Source: a virus (taxonomy: Duplodnaviria; Caudoviricetes). Taken from it: a DNA stretch of 57,208 nt. The notes below the pieces were generated by a model, which worked only from the letters and a program-made list of their open reading frames with translations, made no database searches and was not told where the DNA came from. Location: positions 1-57,208 of the IMG/VR virus record IMGVR_UViG_3300013093_000054; one strand, given 5' to 3'. Shown in pieces: positions 56,246-57,208 of the stretch; the first letter of the stretch is position 1, and each line of letters begins with the position of its first letter. The position numbers were made by a program, and so were the translations under genes.

Positions 56246-57208
56246 ATGTCTGATGAACCAGAGAACCAGGAAGACAGCATTGAGATTGTGTTAGAAACAG
56301 TTGAAAAGGCTGAATCTAACGAGCCAAAAGTAGAAATTGAGGACGATAAGCCAGAAGTTGAGGCTAAAAAGCAAGAAATTACCGAAGTTTCTCCTGATCA
56401 GGGTATTCAAGAGCTAAAGAAACGCCTTGAAGACGAGAAGCAAGCCCGTCGTGAAGCTGAAAGGCTTGCGCGAGAGGCTCATGAACGTGCCGCAAAAGCC
56501 AATACAGACAAATCTGAGTCTCAATACCAGCTTGTTGTGAACGCAATTGAGACAGTTAAGGAGCGTGCCAAGGCTCTTGAGACGGCTTATGCAGAAGCTT
56601 TAAGCGTTGGCGATACCACAAAGGCCGCAGAGATCGTTTCTGCTATTTCCGTCAACAACGGACAACTGGAACGCTTGAAAGACGGCAAGAAGGCCATGAA
56701 GCGCCAGATGAAGGAGGCGGAAGAGCAGGCTAAACAGCCTATTCAGCCTCTTCAACCGCGTGGCAGCATCGTTGATCAGATGATCGAAAATGTCGGACAG
56801 ACGTCAAGAGCTTCTGCTGAATGGCTTGATCGCAACAGAGACAACATCCGCAACGAGCGTGACGTCAGAAAAATGATACGTGCTCATGAGGATGCGGTTG
56901 ATGATGGTATCCGAGTGGATACACCTGAATACTTTTCATTTATTGAGGGGCGTTTAGGTATCAGTAATAAAGTCAACGAGACGGTTTCAGAAGAAAGCGC
57001 AGAAAATCCAATGTCTTCTGCTTCGGCTCCTGCTCAAAAGCGCTCAACTCAGCCACCTCCAGCTCCAGTTTCTCGCGCAACGTCTCGTCCTAATACAATG
57101 AGGCTTTCACGCGATGAGGCCGACACTGCTAGAGCTTTAGGTTTCACGCCTGAAGAGTATGCCAAGAACAAAGCTTTATTAATCAAAGAAGGCCGCTACG
57201 GCCATTAA
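56246..57208 (+). CDS. Probable capsid scaffolding protein
   Basis: Acidic N-terminus, long coiled coil, C-terminal PPPAPVSR...LSRDE...ARALG.TPEEYAK; position after portal/GroES. Confidence 0.65.
   Translation: MSDEPENQEDSIEIVLETVEKAESNEPKVEIEDDKPEVEAKKQEITEVSPDQGIQELKKRLEDEKQARREAERLAREAHERAAKANTDKSESQYQLVVNAIETVKERAKALETAYAEALSVGDTTKAAEIVSAISVNNGQLERLKDGKKAMKRQMKEAEEQAKQPIQPLQPRGSIVDQMIENVGQTSRASAEWLDRNRDNIRNERDVRKMIRAHEDAVDDGIRVDTPEYFSFIEGRLGISNKVNETVSEESAENPMSSASAPAQKRSTQPPPAPVSRATSRPNTMRLSRDEADTARALGFTPEEYAKNKALLIKEGRYGH

Noticed and set aside
1-57208. Alternative genetic code, tRNAs, integrase/att site
   Set aside because: Genes are long and tightly packed in the standard code and use all three stops; no cloverleaf or recombinase motif recognised by eye (tRNAscan not run).

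Overview
This window is most of the genome of a tailed dsDNA phage with podovirus-like organisation: portal, adaptor and nozzle-like genes, long ejection proteins and no tape measure. The host is very likely an alphaproteobacterium, since the phage carries GcrA and GapR/DUF2312 homologs plus a stand-alone DnaA domain-IV protein. The contig looks circularly permuted. It opens inside a tail-fibre gene, then runs through fibre and collagen genes, a glycosyltransferase/methyltransferase cluster, lysis genes and tail/ejection genes (1-30.6 kb). Early and replication genes on both strands follow (30.7-46.4 kb), then terminase, portal, polyvalent/internal proteins, GroES and a probable scaffold (46.6-57.2 kb). 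No major capsid gene, integrase, replicative DNA polymerase, tRNA or CRISPR array is recognisable. The most notable observations are five. (1) A 1922-aa Gly-Tyr-Thr collagen is followed by four glycosyltransferases and a methyltransferase, a candidate virion-fibre O-glycosylation system. (2) An xAxGG/xKxGG di-glycine peptide tag recurs at domain junctions of four probable internal virion proteins, and there is a stand-alone candidate partner domain. (3) A 24-bp exact repeat with a GGCAAATTTGCC palindrome lies inside the ParB-MT-A70 gene and again beside an iteron-like origin. (4) A beta-helix tailspike-like protein carries a Sec signal peptide. (5) An anti-SD hairpin/pseudoknot lies upstream of the GroES-scaffold genes. 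All family calls are from motif recognition by eye; no database searches were run.
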